The translations under genes were made by a program, and so were the position numbers. The notes beneath the pieces are model-generated. The model did not search any database and was not told where the DNA came from. It saw nothing but the letters and a program-made list of their open reading frames with translations. Below, piece by piece: positions 15,289 through 24,330 of a stretch of DNA of 53,556 nt (position 1 is the stretch's first letter; every line of letters begins with the position of its first letter). The stretch is from a virus (Duplodnaviria; Caudoviricetes): the IMG/VR virus record IMGVR_UViG_3300004184_000007, positions 1 through 53,556 of that record. One strand, written 5' to 3'.

Positions 15289-16649
15289 CCCTCCGCCCCT
15301 TCCAGCGGCAGCTCCGCAGCGACGTCTATCGCGCCATCGAAGGCGGCGCCGACTCGGTGCTGATGCAGTCGCCGACGGGTAGCGGCAAGACTTCCACCGT
15401 CGTCGAGGGCTTCATCGTCCCGTCGATCGCGCAGGGGCGGACCTTCGTCTTCGCGGCGCACCTCGAAGAGCTCATCGACGACACCGCGCAGCGCATCCGC
15501 TCCTTCGGCGTGCGCTGCGGCATCGTGAAGGCGGGGCGCGCTGCTGATCCGTCGGCGCCCGTTCAGGTGTGCTCGACGCAGACCCTCGCGCCGATGCTGG
15601 CGCGCGGGGAGCAGGTGCCGCCGGCGCACCGCTTCATCCTCGACGAAGCGCACCGCAGCAGTTCGACGACCAACAGACAGGTCATCGCGCACTACAAGTC
15701 CACGGGCGCGAAGATCCTCGGCCTCTCCGCCACGCCCTGCCGCGGCGACGAGCAGCCGCTGGATGAGTTCGACGCCCTCGTCACCGGCCCTTCCGTCCGC
15801 GAGCTCATCACGCAGGGCTACCTCGTCGAGCCGATCGTGCACGCACCCGCGAAGGTGCTCACGAGAGGCGTGGCCGAGGACCCTGCCGAGCTGGTGAACA
15901 GCCGCTGCATCGGCAGAAGGGCGGTCATCTTCGCCTCCACCGCCGCGCACGCGCTCGACATCGCCGCGCGCATCCCGGGCGCGGAGACCATCCTCGACTC
16001 GACGCCCTTCGACATCCGCAGCACCGTCCGCGATCGGCTGGCCACAGGCGAGACGCAGCACCTGGTCACCGTCAAGGCGCTGCTCGAAGGCTTCGACGCG
16101 CCCGTCCTCGACGTGGTGGTGCTCTGCGGCGCCTTCACGACCGTGACGCCGTACCTGCAGGCCATCGGTCGTGGGCTGCGGCCGTACACCTGCCCGATCA
16201 CCGGCCGGGTGAAGACCGACTGCCACATCTACGACCTCCGCGGCGCCGTCCACCTTCACGGCCTGCCCGACGATGCGCGGCGCTGGAGCCTGGAGGGCGC
16301 GCAGGGTCGCAGCCTCGTCGAGCGCCCGATGCCGCTTCGTCGCTGCGAGGCCTGCCACCACCTCTTTAGCCCGCGCACGGTCTGCCCCGCCTGCGGCTCC
16401 ATCCACCACTCGCCGGTGCGGCTCCTCCGGGTGCAGCGCGCCGCGCTCTTCGCGGCCTCCTCCATCCCCATCGGCGCCCGCGTCGCGCAGTGGGTCGACG
16501 GCGCCGTGCGCGCCATCACCGCCCGCCGCCCCGACATCTCGCCCGCCTGGGCCCGCGCCACCGTCCTCAAGAAGCCGCCCTCCTGGGTGCGCGAATACCT
16601 CGAAAACCAGTCTGTTTCATCGGTCGATGGAGAACGCCATGCCTCGTAG
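15285..16649 (+). CDS. SF2 DEAH-box helicase with C-terminal Zn finger (RadD/YejH-like)
   Basis: LRPFQ, SPTGSGKT, DEAH, LSATP, EGFDAP, QAIGRGLR, CEAC...CPAC. Confidence 0.92.
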   Translation: MTLRPFQRQLRSDVYRAIEGGADSVLMQSPTGSGKTSTVVEGFIVPSIAQGRTFVFAAHLEELIDDTAQRIRSFGVRCGIVKAGRAADPSAPVQVCSTQTLAPMLARGEQVPPAHRFILDEAHRSSSTTNRQVIAHYKSTGAKILGLSATPCRGDEQPLDEFDALVTGPSVRELITQGYLVEPIVHAPAKVLTRGVAEDPAELVNSRCIGRRAVIFASTAAHALDIAARIPGAETILDSTPFDIRSTVRDRLATGETQHLVTVKALLEGFDAPVLDVVVLCGAFTTVTPYLQAIGRGLRPYTCPITGRVKTDCHIYDLRGAVHLHGLPDDARRWSLEGAQGRSLVERPMPLRRCEACHHLFSPRTVCPACGSIHHSPVRLLRVQRAALFAASSIPIGARVAQWVDGAVRAITARRPDISPAWARATVLKKPPSWVREYLENQSVSSVDGERHAS

Positions 16650-17133
16650 CGCCGTCAACGCTCCCCCGAAGAAGACTCTGCGCAGCAACCCCGAAGCGCT
16701 GCTGCAGGCGCGGATCATGGCGGCGCTCGGGCAGATGTCCGGCGTGGTGGTATGGCGGAACAACGTGGGGACGGCCGTCTACGAGGGCGGCGCCCGCGTC
16801 GAGTACGGTGTCGGCGGCAAGGGCGCGCCCGACCTGCTCTGCGAGGTGCTCTACCACGGCTCCGCGCTGGCCCTGTGGCTGGAGGTGAAGACCCCCGACG
16901 GCGTCGTCGAGGAGCACCAGCGCAGGTGGCACACCACCGCGCGCCACGGGGTGCAGCGCCCCGACGGCCTGATCGTCGGGGGCGGGCGCAGCGTCGCCGT
17001 CGTGCGCTCCGTCGAGGACGCGGTGCGCGCGGTCGAGGCCGTGATGCGCTGCGGCTGCATCGTCGCGGGCTTCGAGGTCGAGCGGCCGGCGTGGATGGAC
17101 AGCGCGCAGATGGGGGAGGTGTCCCGTGGCTGA
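16639..17133 (+). CDS. VRR-NUC domain nuclease
   Basis: E..LQ..I...WRNNVG...GAPDL...LEVKTPDG...Q...VVRSVEDA. Confidence 0.85.
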   Translation: MPRSAVNAPPKKTLRSNPEALLQARIMAALGQMSGVVVWRNNVGTAVYEGGARVEYGVGGKGAPDLLCEVLYHGSALALWLEVKTPDGVVEEHQRRWHTTARHGVQRPDGLIVGGGRSVAVVRSVEDAVRAVEAVMRCGCIVAGFEVERPAWMDSAQMGEVSRG

Positions 17134-19306
17134 TGCCGCCCGCAAGCTCCCGCCCCCGAGCGCGGAGAACGTCATCGCGGGGCCATGGCTCAAGCCCACC
17201 CCCGCCACCCTCTCCGAGCGCACCGCCCGCGTCTTCACCGACGTGCTCCCCGCGCACTGGCCCGGCTACGCGCCTCGGGACGGGCAGATGGTGCTCACCA
17301 GGGCCATCGCAGACGCCATCGACCAGGGCGGCGCGCTCCTCGCCGAAGGGCCCTGCGGCACCGGCAAGACGCTCGCGTACCTGGTGCCGGCCATCCTCGA
17401 AGCCGACCGCACGGGCCGCACCGTGCTCGTGGTCACCGCCTCCATCGCCCTGCAGGAGCAGCTGGTGCAGCACGACCTGCCCGCGCTCGCGAAGGCCCTG
17501 GAGAGCGAGTTGCGCGAGCCGCTCACGTGGACGCTGCTCAAAGGCAGGGGAAACTACCTCTGCTCCAACACCCTCTCCGAGCCCGCACCGCACTTCCTCT
17601 CCTCTGACGAGCGCGCCGAGCTGCGTGCCATCGACACCTGGGCGCGCACCACGGAGACGGGCGATCGGCTCGAGCTTCCGATGATCGTGCGCGACGGCGT
17701 CTGGGCGATGCGCTCGGTCGAGTCCGACGACTGCCTGCGCGACGGCTGCGACCACTTCGACGCCTGCTTCGCTCGCAAGGCCAAGGCGAAGGCCGAGGGC
17801 GTCCGCGTGGTGGTCGTCAACTACCACCTGCTCTTCGCGCACATCTCAGTGAGAAGGGAGACCTTCCAGGACATCATCGTCCCCAAGACCGCGGGCAAGG
17901 ACAGCGGGCTCGCCTGGGACACCGTGCTCTGCGACGAGGCCCACGAAGCTGGGGACATCGCCCGCGACTTCATGGGCTGCGACATGACCGAGCGCATGGC
18001 GGCCAAGGTCAGCGGCTGGCTGAAGCGCAGCGACCGAGGGGGCAAGGAGGGCGCGGAGGGCGAGTGCATCGCCCTCTCGCAGCAGATCGAGCAGGCCGCC
18101 GCCGCCCTCTGGCGCGAGATGTCCGACCGGCTGCCCATCGTGCACCCGGGACAGCGCCAGGAAGCGCACCGCCTCCGCGAGGGCCTCCCGGCGGAGCACC
18201 TCGTCGGCCTGCTCGATCGGGCCGCGGCCATGGCGTCGAAGGTGGTGCGGAGCCTCAAGGCCCTCGGGAGCGACATCGACCCCGACCAGCGCAAGATCAT
18301 GCGCGCGGCCGAGAACGCCGAGAGGCGGGCGAGGAGGGTCCGCTCCTGGCTCGACGCCGCCGTCTGCCCCGACGAGGCGCCGCACACGGTGCTCTGGCTC
18401 GAGTCGCACACCGACAAGCGCGGCCACGAGCGCGTGCGCTTCTGCGGGCGGCTCCTCGACGTGGGCACAGTGCTGAAGGACGAGCTCTTCGCCCGGTCGC
18501 GCGCGGTCGTGCTCAGCAGCGCGACGCTCACCACGGGGCCGCTCCCGGCGCTCAACCGGGCGGCCCCGGCCTCTGCGTCGGATGCATGGCACTGGATTCG
18601 GCAGCAGCTCGGGCTCCCGGCCACCACGCCCGCCCTGGCCGTCGCCTCCCCCTTCGACTTCGCGACCCAGGCGCTGCTCTGCCTCCCGGCCGGGATGGGC
18701 GACCCGACGCGCGATCGCGAGGGCTTCGACGCCAAGGTCTGCGAGGCCGTCGAGGCTACGGCCCGTGCGGCCGGGGGCCGGACACTCGCGCTCTTCACCA
18801 GCACCCGGATGGCGAAGCGCGCGGCCGAGTACCTGCGCTCCCGTAATATAGGCGTCCCGGTCCTCTGCCAGGGAGAGCAGCCCCGGCCGCATCTCCTCGC
18901 CGCGATGAAGGCGCGCCCCTCCATCCTCTGCGCGACCACGTCCTTCTGGACGGGCGTCGATCTGCCCGGGGAGGCCGTCGTCGCCGTCGTCCTCGACAAG
19001 ATGCCCTTCCCGGTGATGGGCGACCCGGTGCTCGACGCGCTCTCCGAGCTCGCCTTCGCGCGCACGGGCGACCGCTGGACCGGCTGGCGGGAGGAGTCCT
19101 TGCCCAGGGCCACCCTCGCACTCCGCCAGGGCGCCGGGCGGCTGATCCGCAGCGTGACCGATTGGGGCGTGGTGGTCGTGTGCGACCCGCGCCTCACCTC
19201 GAAGCCCTACGGCGCGGGCGTCCTCAAGAGCCTCGCGATGCCCGCACAGGTGCGGACGATCGCGGCGATGCAGCAGTGGTTCCGCGCCCGGGGAGACGCA
19301 CGATGA
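17126..19306 (+). CDS. DinG/YoaA-family Fe-S helicase
   Basis: RDGQ Q-motif, GTGKTLAYL, LKGRGNYLC...C..DGC...CF Fe-S cysteines, VVNYHLL, DEAHE, SATL, SPF, LFTS, FWTGVD, QGAGRLIR, DPRL. Confidence 0.93.
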   Translation: MADAARKLPPPSAENVIAGPWLKPTPATLSERTARVFTDVLPAHWPGYAPRDGQMVLTRAIADAIDQGGALLAEGPCGTGKTLAYLVPAILEADRTGRTVLVVTASIALQEQLVQHDLPALAKALESELREPLTWTLLKGRGNYLCSNTLSEPAPHFLSSDERAELRAIDTWARTTETGDRLELPMIVRDGVWAMRSVESDDCLRDGCDHFDACFARKAKAKAEGVRVVVVNYHLLFAHISVRRETFQDIIVPKTAGKDSGLAWDTVLCDEAHEAGDIARDFMGCDMTERMAAKVSGWLKRSDRGGKEGAEGECIALSQQIEQAAAALWREMSDRLPIVHPGQRQEAHRLREGLPAEHLVGLLDRAAAMASKVVRSLKALGSDIDPDQRKIMRAAENAERRARRVRSWLDAAVCPDEAPHTVLWLESHTDKRGHERVRFCGRLLDVGTVLKDELFARSRAVVLSSATLTTGPLPALNRAAPASASDAWHWIRQQLGLPATTPALAVASPFDFATQALLCLPAGMGDPTRDREGFDAKVCEAVEATARAAGGRTLALFTSTRMAKRAAEYLRSRNIGVPVLCQGEQPRPHLLAAMKARPSILCATTSFWTGVDLPGEAVVAVVLDKMPFPVMGDPVLDALSELAFARTGDRWTGWREESLPRATLALRQGAGRLIRSVTDWGVVVVCDPRLTSKPYGAGVLKSLAMPAQVRTIAAMQQWFRARGDAR

Positions 19307-22300
19307 GTCGCGACTGGAAGCCCGTCTCCCACCGCGCGCCCTGTCGCATCTGCAAGAGCCCGAAGCGCTGCGCCGCGACCCTCGACGGCCGCGTGGCCAA
19401 GTGCTGCTACGCGATCGAGGGCGGCGTCGCGCGCGAAGACGAGGTCGGCGAGTACCGCCTCTTCTTCGCCGACAACGTCTCGCCGGCCGCCCGCCGCGCC
19501 CACGAGCCACCGCCCGCCGCGCCCCTCGCCACCGTCGACACGCGGCACCAGGTCTACACGGCGCTCCTCGGCGCCTGCCCCCTCTCGCCCGAGCACTCCG
19601 CCGGGCTCCTGGGTCGCGGGCTCACCGTCGAGGACGTCGCTGCCCGCGGCTACGGCACCCTCCCGCGTACAGCCAGGGAGCGCGCGTCCGTCGTCGCTAC
19701 CGTCCGCACGGCTCTCGGCGGCACCCTCCCGGGCGACGTCCCCGGGCTGCACCTCGGCAAGCTGCCCGACCTCGACGGCGTCCTGATCCCCGTGCGCGAC
19801 GCCGAGGGCCATATTGCAGCCCTCAAGGTCCGCCGCGATGGCACCGCGGACCCCCGCTACCTGTGGCTGAGCAGCGCGAGCCAGGGCGGCGCCTCGTCGG
19901 GGAGCCCTGCGCACGCGCCGCTCGGCGCCCAGGGGATGCTCTCTGCGGCTGTGGAGGCTGGCGGCCCCAGGGCAGTGCGCCTGACCGAGGGCCCGCTCAA
20001 GGCCGACGTCGCGACCACGCTCTCCGGCGTGGTCACCCTCGCGATCCCCGGGGCGATGGCCGCCCGGAGCGCGCTGCCCGTCCTGCGCGCCCTCGCCCCC
20101 GCCGCCATCCGCCTCGCGTGGGACGCTGACGCGCGGACGAACCCGCACGTCGCGGGGGGCCTCGAGCACGCGGCGCACCTGCTATGCGCGGAGATGCCCG
20201 GCGCCCAGCTCGAGGTCGAGACATGGGCCGCTGGACCCAAGGGCATCGACGACGCGCTCTCCGCCGGCGCGCCCCTCGCCGTCCACGCGGGCCAGGCCAT
20301 GTGGCGCGAGCTCGTCGCGATCCTGCGCGCCGCCGGGCGCGAGCCCCGGCCGGAGACGCTGGAGAGGGCGGGGATGGAGGCCGAGGACGAGGTCGACGTC
20401 TTCGCCCGCCTCGCCGCCGACCCCTCCATCGCCCTCGACGAGGGCACCGTCGCCGAATGCGCCGCGCTCGACGCGGCCGGGCTCACCCGCGCGAAGGAGA
20501 TCCTGCGCGCCGCGAACGTCCCGCTCCGGGCGTTCAATGCGGCGGTCAACGCCATCAAGGATCAGCAGGAGCGCGACCAGAGGCGCGCCGCCGCGACCGC
20601 CAGGGTCGAAGCCATGGCGGTCAAGAAGCCCGTCATCCGGCTCGGCCCCGACGAGGACCGCGTCGCCGACGAGGCCGTCGAGGCGCTCGCCCGCCACCCC
20701 GGCGTCTACCAGCGCGGCGGCGCTCTGGTCTACGTCCTCGCCGATCAGTCGCCCCTGCGCGGCATCACCCGACCTGCGGGCGCCTCGCGCATCGCCCCGC
20801 TCCCGCTGCCCACGCTCCGCGAGTACCTCTCCGGCGCCGCGGCGTGGGTAACCGAGACCGAGGACGGCCCCAAGGTCGCTCACGTCCCGAGCACCTGCGT
20901 TCAGGCCGTCGCTGCCCGCGGGCAGTGGCAGGGCCTGCGCGCCCTCGAGGGCATCGTCGACTGCCCGATGCTCCGCCCCGACGGGAGCGTCATCGAGGAG
21001 CCCGGCTACGACCCGGCCACAGGCGTGATCTATGTGCCGTCGCGGGCGTACCCGGCCGTGCCCAAGAGCCCCACCCAGGCCGACGCCCAGCAGAGCATCG
21101 CTCTCCTCGCCGACCTCTTCTGCGACTTCCCCTTCCGCACGCCTGCCCACGCTTCGGCGGCCATCGCCGCGCTGCTGACGCCGCTCGCGGTCTACGCCTT
21201 CAGCGGGCCGAAGCCGCTCTTCCTCTTCGACGCGAACACGGCCGGCGCGGGCAAGGGCAAGTGCGTCTCCCTGGTCTCCGAGGTGGTCGCCGGGAGGCCC
21301 ATCGCCGTGATGGCGCCCGTCGAAGACGACGCCGAGCAGAGGAAGCGCATCACCGCGCTGGCGATCGAGGGCGCCACGCTGGTGCTCATCGACAACATCG
21401 TCGGCTCCCTCGGCGGGCCCTCGATGGACGCGGCGCTGACCGCGACCGAATGGTCCGACCGCATCCTCGGCTCCTCGACCACCATCAAGCTCCCGCTCGC
21501 GATCACCTGGTTCGCCACCGGGAACAACGTCGCGCTCATCGGCGATATGCAGCGCCGGGTGCTCCACGTGCGGCTGGAGTCGCCCGAGGCGAACCCCGAG
21601 GACCGCACCGGCTTCCGCCATGGAGACGTCGAGGCCTACGCCCGAGAGCATCGCGCGCAGCTGGTGACGGCCGCTCTCACCGTCCTGCGCGCCTACGCCC
21701 TCGCCGGCCGCCCGCGCGACCGGCTCCCGTCCTGGGGCAGTTTCACCGGCTGGTCCGACCTGATCCGGGGCGCCATCGTGTGGTGCGGGCTCCCGGACCC
21801 GGCCGAGACGCGCCAGGAGCTGCGCGCCGAGGCCGACTACACCGCGGGCGCGCTCCGGGGGCTTATCCTCGGCTGGCCCGAGGTCGCGAAGCGCTACGGC
21901 GGGCACTGCACCGCCGCCCAGGCGCTGCGGGAGCTCGACCGCGACGACCGCGACGCCTTCGGGCAGCAGCGGCCGGTGATGTACGCGGCGCTGAGGGAGG
22001 CGCTCGCGGAGCTCATCGCGACGGGCCCGGGGAAGCTCCCGAGCACGCGGCAGCTCGGGACGGTGCTCAGGTCCTACAAGGGACGCGTCGTGATGTGCGC
22101 AGACGGGGTGCTGCGGGCGCTCTCTCTCGCGAAGAAGGGGAACGAGGGCGTCATGTGGTGCGTCCGGGAGTCGGGGCGAGGACCGGCCCGGGTCCAGGCG
22201 CTGCCCCGGGAGAGTGACGATGGTGACGATGGTGACGATGTTTCCGGCTACCCCGTGCGAGAAAAGTCATTTTTTACGGGTATGAGCGCGCATGAGGGCG

Positions 22301-22452
22301 CGCACGTAAATAATAGGGAGCCAGAAGGGCTAGGGGCTGAAACACAGTCACTACCGTCACCATCGTCACTCGCCACCCCCGGCTTCGACGACGACCTCGA
22401 TTGGGGCGAGGTGAACCTGGGTCCCGTGGTGCCGGGAGGGCTGCACTCATGA
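19303..22452 (+). CDS. Primase-helicase (Zn finger, Toprim/DUF3854-like domain, P-loop ATPase)
   Basis: CRICKSPKRC; TEGPLKAD; LAWDAD; KGIDD; GAGKG Walker A; LIDN; TGNN; RR. Confidence 0.88.
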   Translation: MSRDWKPVSHRAPCRICKSPKRCAATLDGRVAKCCYAIEGGVAREDEVGEYRLFFADNVSPAARRAHEPPPAAPLATVDTRHQVYTALLGACPLSPEHSAGLLGRGLTVEDVAARGYGTLPRTARERASVVATVRTALGGTLPGDVPGLHLGKLPDLDGVLIPVRDAEGHIAALKVRRDGTADPRYLWLSSASQGGASSGSPAHAPLGAQGMLSAAVEAGGPRAVRLTEGPLKADVATTLSGVVTLAIPGAMAARSALPVLRALAPAAIRLAWDADARTNPHVAGGLEHAAHLLCAEMPGAQLEVETWAAGPKGIDDALSAGAPLAVHAGQAMWRELVAILRAAGREPRPETLERAGMEAEDEVDVFARLAADPSIALDEGTVAECAALDAAGLTRAKEILRAANVPLRAFNAAVNAIKDQQERDQRRAAATARVEAMAVKKPVIRLGPDEDRVADEAVEALARHPGVYQRGGALVYVLADQSPLRGITRPAGASRIAPLPLPTLREYLSGAAAWVTETEDGPKVAHVPSTCVQAVAARGQWQGLRALEGIVDCPMLRPDGSVIEEPGYDPATGVIYVPSRAYPAVPKSPTQADAQQSIALLADLFCDFPFRTPAHASAAIAALLTPLAVYAFSGPKPLFLFDANTAGAGKGKCVSLVSEVVAGRPIAVMAPVEDDAEQRKRITALAIEGATLVLIDNIVGSLGGPSMDAALTATEWSDRILGSSTTIKLPLAITWFATGNNVALIGDMQRRVLHVRLESPEANPEDRTGFRHGDVEAYAREHRAQLVTAALTVLRAYALAGRPRDRLPSWGSFTGWSDLIRGAIVWCGLPDPAETRQELRAEADYTAGALRGLILGWPEVAKRYGGHCTAAQALRELDRDDRDAFGQQRPVMYAALREALAELIATGPGKLPSTRQLGTVLRSYKGRVVMCADGVLRALSLAKKGNEGVMWCVRESGRGPARVQALPRESDDGDDGDDVSGYPVREKSFFTGMSAHEGAHVNNREPEGLGAETQSLPSPSSLATPGFDDDLDWGEVNLGPVVPGGLHS
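22212..22371. repeat. Putative replication origin: 3x 9-bp direct iterons facing 3 inverted copies across an AT-rich spacer
   Basis: GTGACGATG x3 at 22214-22240; inverted, partly degenerate copies at 22343-22369; GAAAAGTCATTTTTTAC and TAAATAATA lie between. Confidence 0.7.
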
Positions 22453-22745
22453 GCGCCATCTCTCAGGCGTTGACGCCCCATCCGGCGTCCCTGCCCCTCG
22501 CCGCCTCTCCTGAGCCTCCCGGGGCCCTCGACGATGGCAGCGCCGCTCCCTGGCTCGCGCCCTCGACGAGCATGGCGGCAGGAGCGGGCAGGCGGCTGGT
22601 CACCCGGCTGCGCCTCCCCAGCGCCGCCGAGCACTGCGCCCTGCTGCTGGCCGGGTGGAGCACGACGGGCACCCGCGGCGTCTACGAGCGCGGCGGGCGG
22701 CGGGTGTGGTGGAGCCGCGTGGCGGCGGGAGGAGCGAGCGAGTGA
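22449..22745 (+). CDS. Hypothetical protein
   Basis: ATGA coupling with the primase stop. Confidence 0.5.
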   Translation: MSAISQALTPHPASLPLAASPEPPGALDDGSAAPWLAPSTSMAAGAGRRLVTRLRLPSAAEHCALLLAGWSTTGTRGVYERGGRRVWWSRVAAGGASE

Positions 22746-23545
22746 GCGCAGAGCAGGTAGCCGGTGTCCCTCTTTGTCCCGACGCGGAGGCTCCCCGCCT
22801 CTCCCTGGTGTCGCCGCGCGTCGCCGCCAGCGACTGCGACGGGTGCCCGCTGGCCGAGGCGCGCTACCTCGACGACGGCACCCCGCAGGTCTGCTGCTGC
22901 GGCCGGGTGTACGCCGACGAGGACTGGACCTGGCCCGCGCGGCCGTCGTGCGTGGTCGAGCTCGCGCCGCCCGTGCGGGAGCTGGCGGTCGCGATCGAGG
23001 AGCTGCGCACCCTGCGCCAGTGGGTCGGCGAGGAGCGGGACCGCACCCGCATCCCGGTGCGCCGCGACATCAACCCCATCGGCCGCATGATGGGCCTCGC
23101 CGGGGGCGCCTCCTCGGATGCCACCGACGACCAGGTGCAGAACCTCGTTCGGCTGGTGTTCTCCCCCATCAGCACGATTGGCCGCCGGGCCCGCGCGGAC
23201 TTCATCGTCGAGCTGCTGCGCTACTGCGACGAGACCTCGAGGCCCCTCAACGAGGAGCCCGTCGCCGCGGAGGTGGGCCGCGCCCTCGCCGCTCGCCTCG
23301 CCGCGCTCCCGGCCGAGCCCGCTCGGGTGCTGCGGGTGCTCGGTCGCCGCTGCGGGCTGTCCACGTCCTGGGAGGAGGCGGTCGCCGTCGTGGTCGACGA
23401 GCTGCTCCCGCGCCCGGTGGTGCAGGTGTACCGCGCACCGGGGAGGCCGCGGATCGACCGGGCGACGGTGCCGCCGGAGGTGCAGCGGGAGGCGGAAGCG
23501 GAGGCGCGGCTGGCGGAGGCGGTGCGTGGGTGGTGCGGGGCGTGA
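22742..23545 (+). CDS. Hypothetical protein at the end of the early-right operon
   Basis: GTGA coupling; Cys-containing N-terminus; GC3 bias. Confidence 0.6.
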   Translation: MSAEQVAGVPLCPDAEAPRLSLVSPRVAASDCDGCPLAEARYLDDGTPQVCCCGRVYADEDWTWPARPSCVVELAPPVRELAVAIEELRTLRQWVGEERDRTRIPVRRDINPIGRMMGLAGGASSDATDDQVQNLVRLVFSPISTIGRRARADFIVELLRYCDETSRPLNEEPVAAEVGRALAARLAALPAEPARVLRVLGRRCGLSTSWEEAVAVVVDELLPRPVVQVYRAPGRPRIDRATVPPEVQREAEAEARLAEAVRGWCGA

Positions 23546-23568
23546 GGGACGATTTCGGAGGCGGGGCA

Positions 23569-23593
23569 TTGACGGCGAGGTTTTCGCCATCAA
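23569..23593. promoter_or_regulatory. Inverted repeat TTGACGGCGA-N5-TCGCCATCAA containing a -35-like TTGACG; candidate late-control site
   Basis: 10-bp arms with one mismatch, in the gap before the late genes. Confidence 0.45.
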
Positions 23594-23664
23594 CCCTCCC
23601 TCTACCGCCCCTAAGTCGACTTGTGCCCGCCGCATGGCAAGCACCTCGACAGGGCTCCTCCACC

Positions 23665-23904
23665 ATGGACGTCGAAGCCCTCGCCAGAGCGCTGCGTGCT
23701 GCCGGTCTCGGCGGCTCGGAGCGCACCGCGCATCGCTACCTGACGACGTGGTTCGACCGCCAGGAGATCGACCGCAACGTCCCGCGTGTCTCCCTTGCGA
23801 AGCCGGGTCCCGGGTCCCGCGGTGGCCGCCCCTCCTACCGCGTCGAGCCGGTCTCCTTCGTTCGCTGGCTGCGGGGCACGTCGCGCGCGGCGATCGCAGC
23901 GTGA
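23665..23904 (+). CDS. Small winged-HTH-like protein
   Basis: MDVEALARAL...SERTAHRYLTTW...GGRPSYRV. Confidence 0.55.
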   Translation: MDVEALARALRAAGLGGSERTAHRYLTTWFDRQEIDRNVPRVSLAKPGPGSRGGRPSYRVEPVSFVRWLRGTSRAAIAA

Positions 23905-23907
23905 TGT

Positions 23908-24330
23908 GTGGCCTCCCGCAAGCATACCTTCTCGCGTAATCACAGCGACGCGCAGATCGCCCGCGCGCTGCTCGATGCGCAGCTCTTCGGCGACAAGCGC
24001 GCGGCGGAGCTGCACGGGGTCTTCTTCAAGACCATCGTGGGCTGGCGCAGACGCATCACTCCCGCCATCAGCGAGGCGATGGACCGCCTCCGGGTCGAGG
24101 CCCGCCAGGGGTGGATCGACGAGGCCCGCGATGCCCGCCGTGCCCTGGTGCAGCTCGTCCTCGAGCGGGCGCGCGGGTCGAAGAACCTCCGCGCCACGAC
24201 GGAGGCCCTGCGCCGCGTGAACGAGGTGGTGGTCGCGCACGAGATCCTGAACGACCCCGATGCTGAACCTGACCTCCCTGATCAACCAGAAGATCAAGGC
24301 GAGGCTGAGGGCGAGGGCGGAGAAGCGTAA
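23908..24330 (+). CDS. Probable terminase small subunit
   Basis: HTH (RAAELHGVFFKTIVGWRRR) immediately upstream of the large terminase. Confidence 0.6.
   Translation: MASRKHTFSRNHSDAQIARALLDAQLFGDKRAAELHGVFFKTIVGWRRRITPAISEAMDRLRVEARQGWIDEARDARRALVQLVLERARGSKNLRATTEALRRVNEVVVAHEILNDPDAEPDLPDQPEDQGEAEGEGGEA

Noticed and set aside
8056-19306. Cas4-like nuclease plus DinG as a type IV CRISPR-Cas system
   Set aside because: No Cas5/6/7/Csf genes or array; the two genes sit in separate, ordinary recombination and replication operons.
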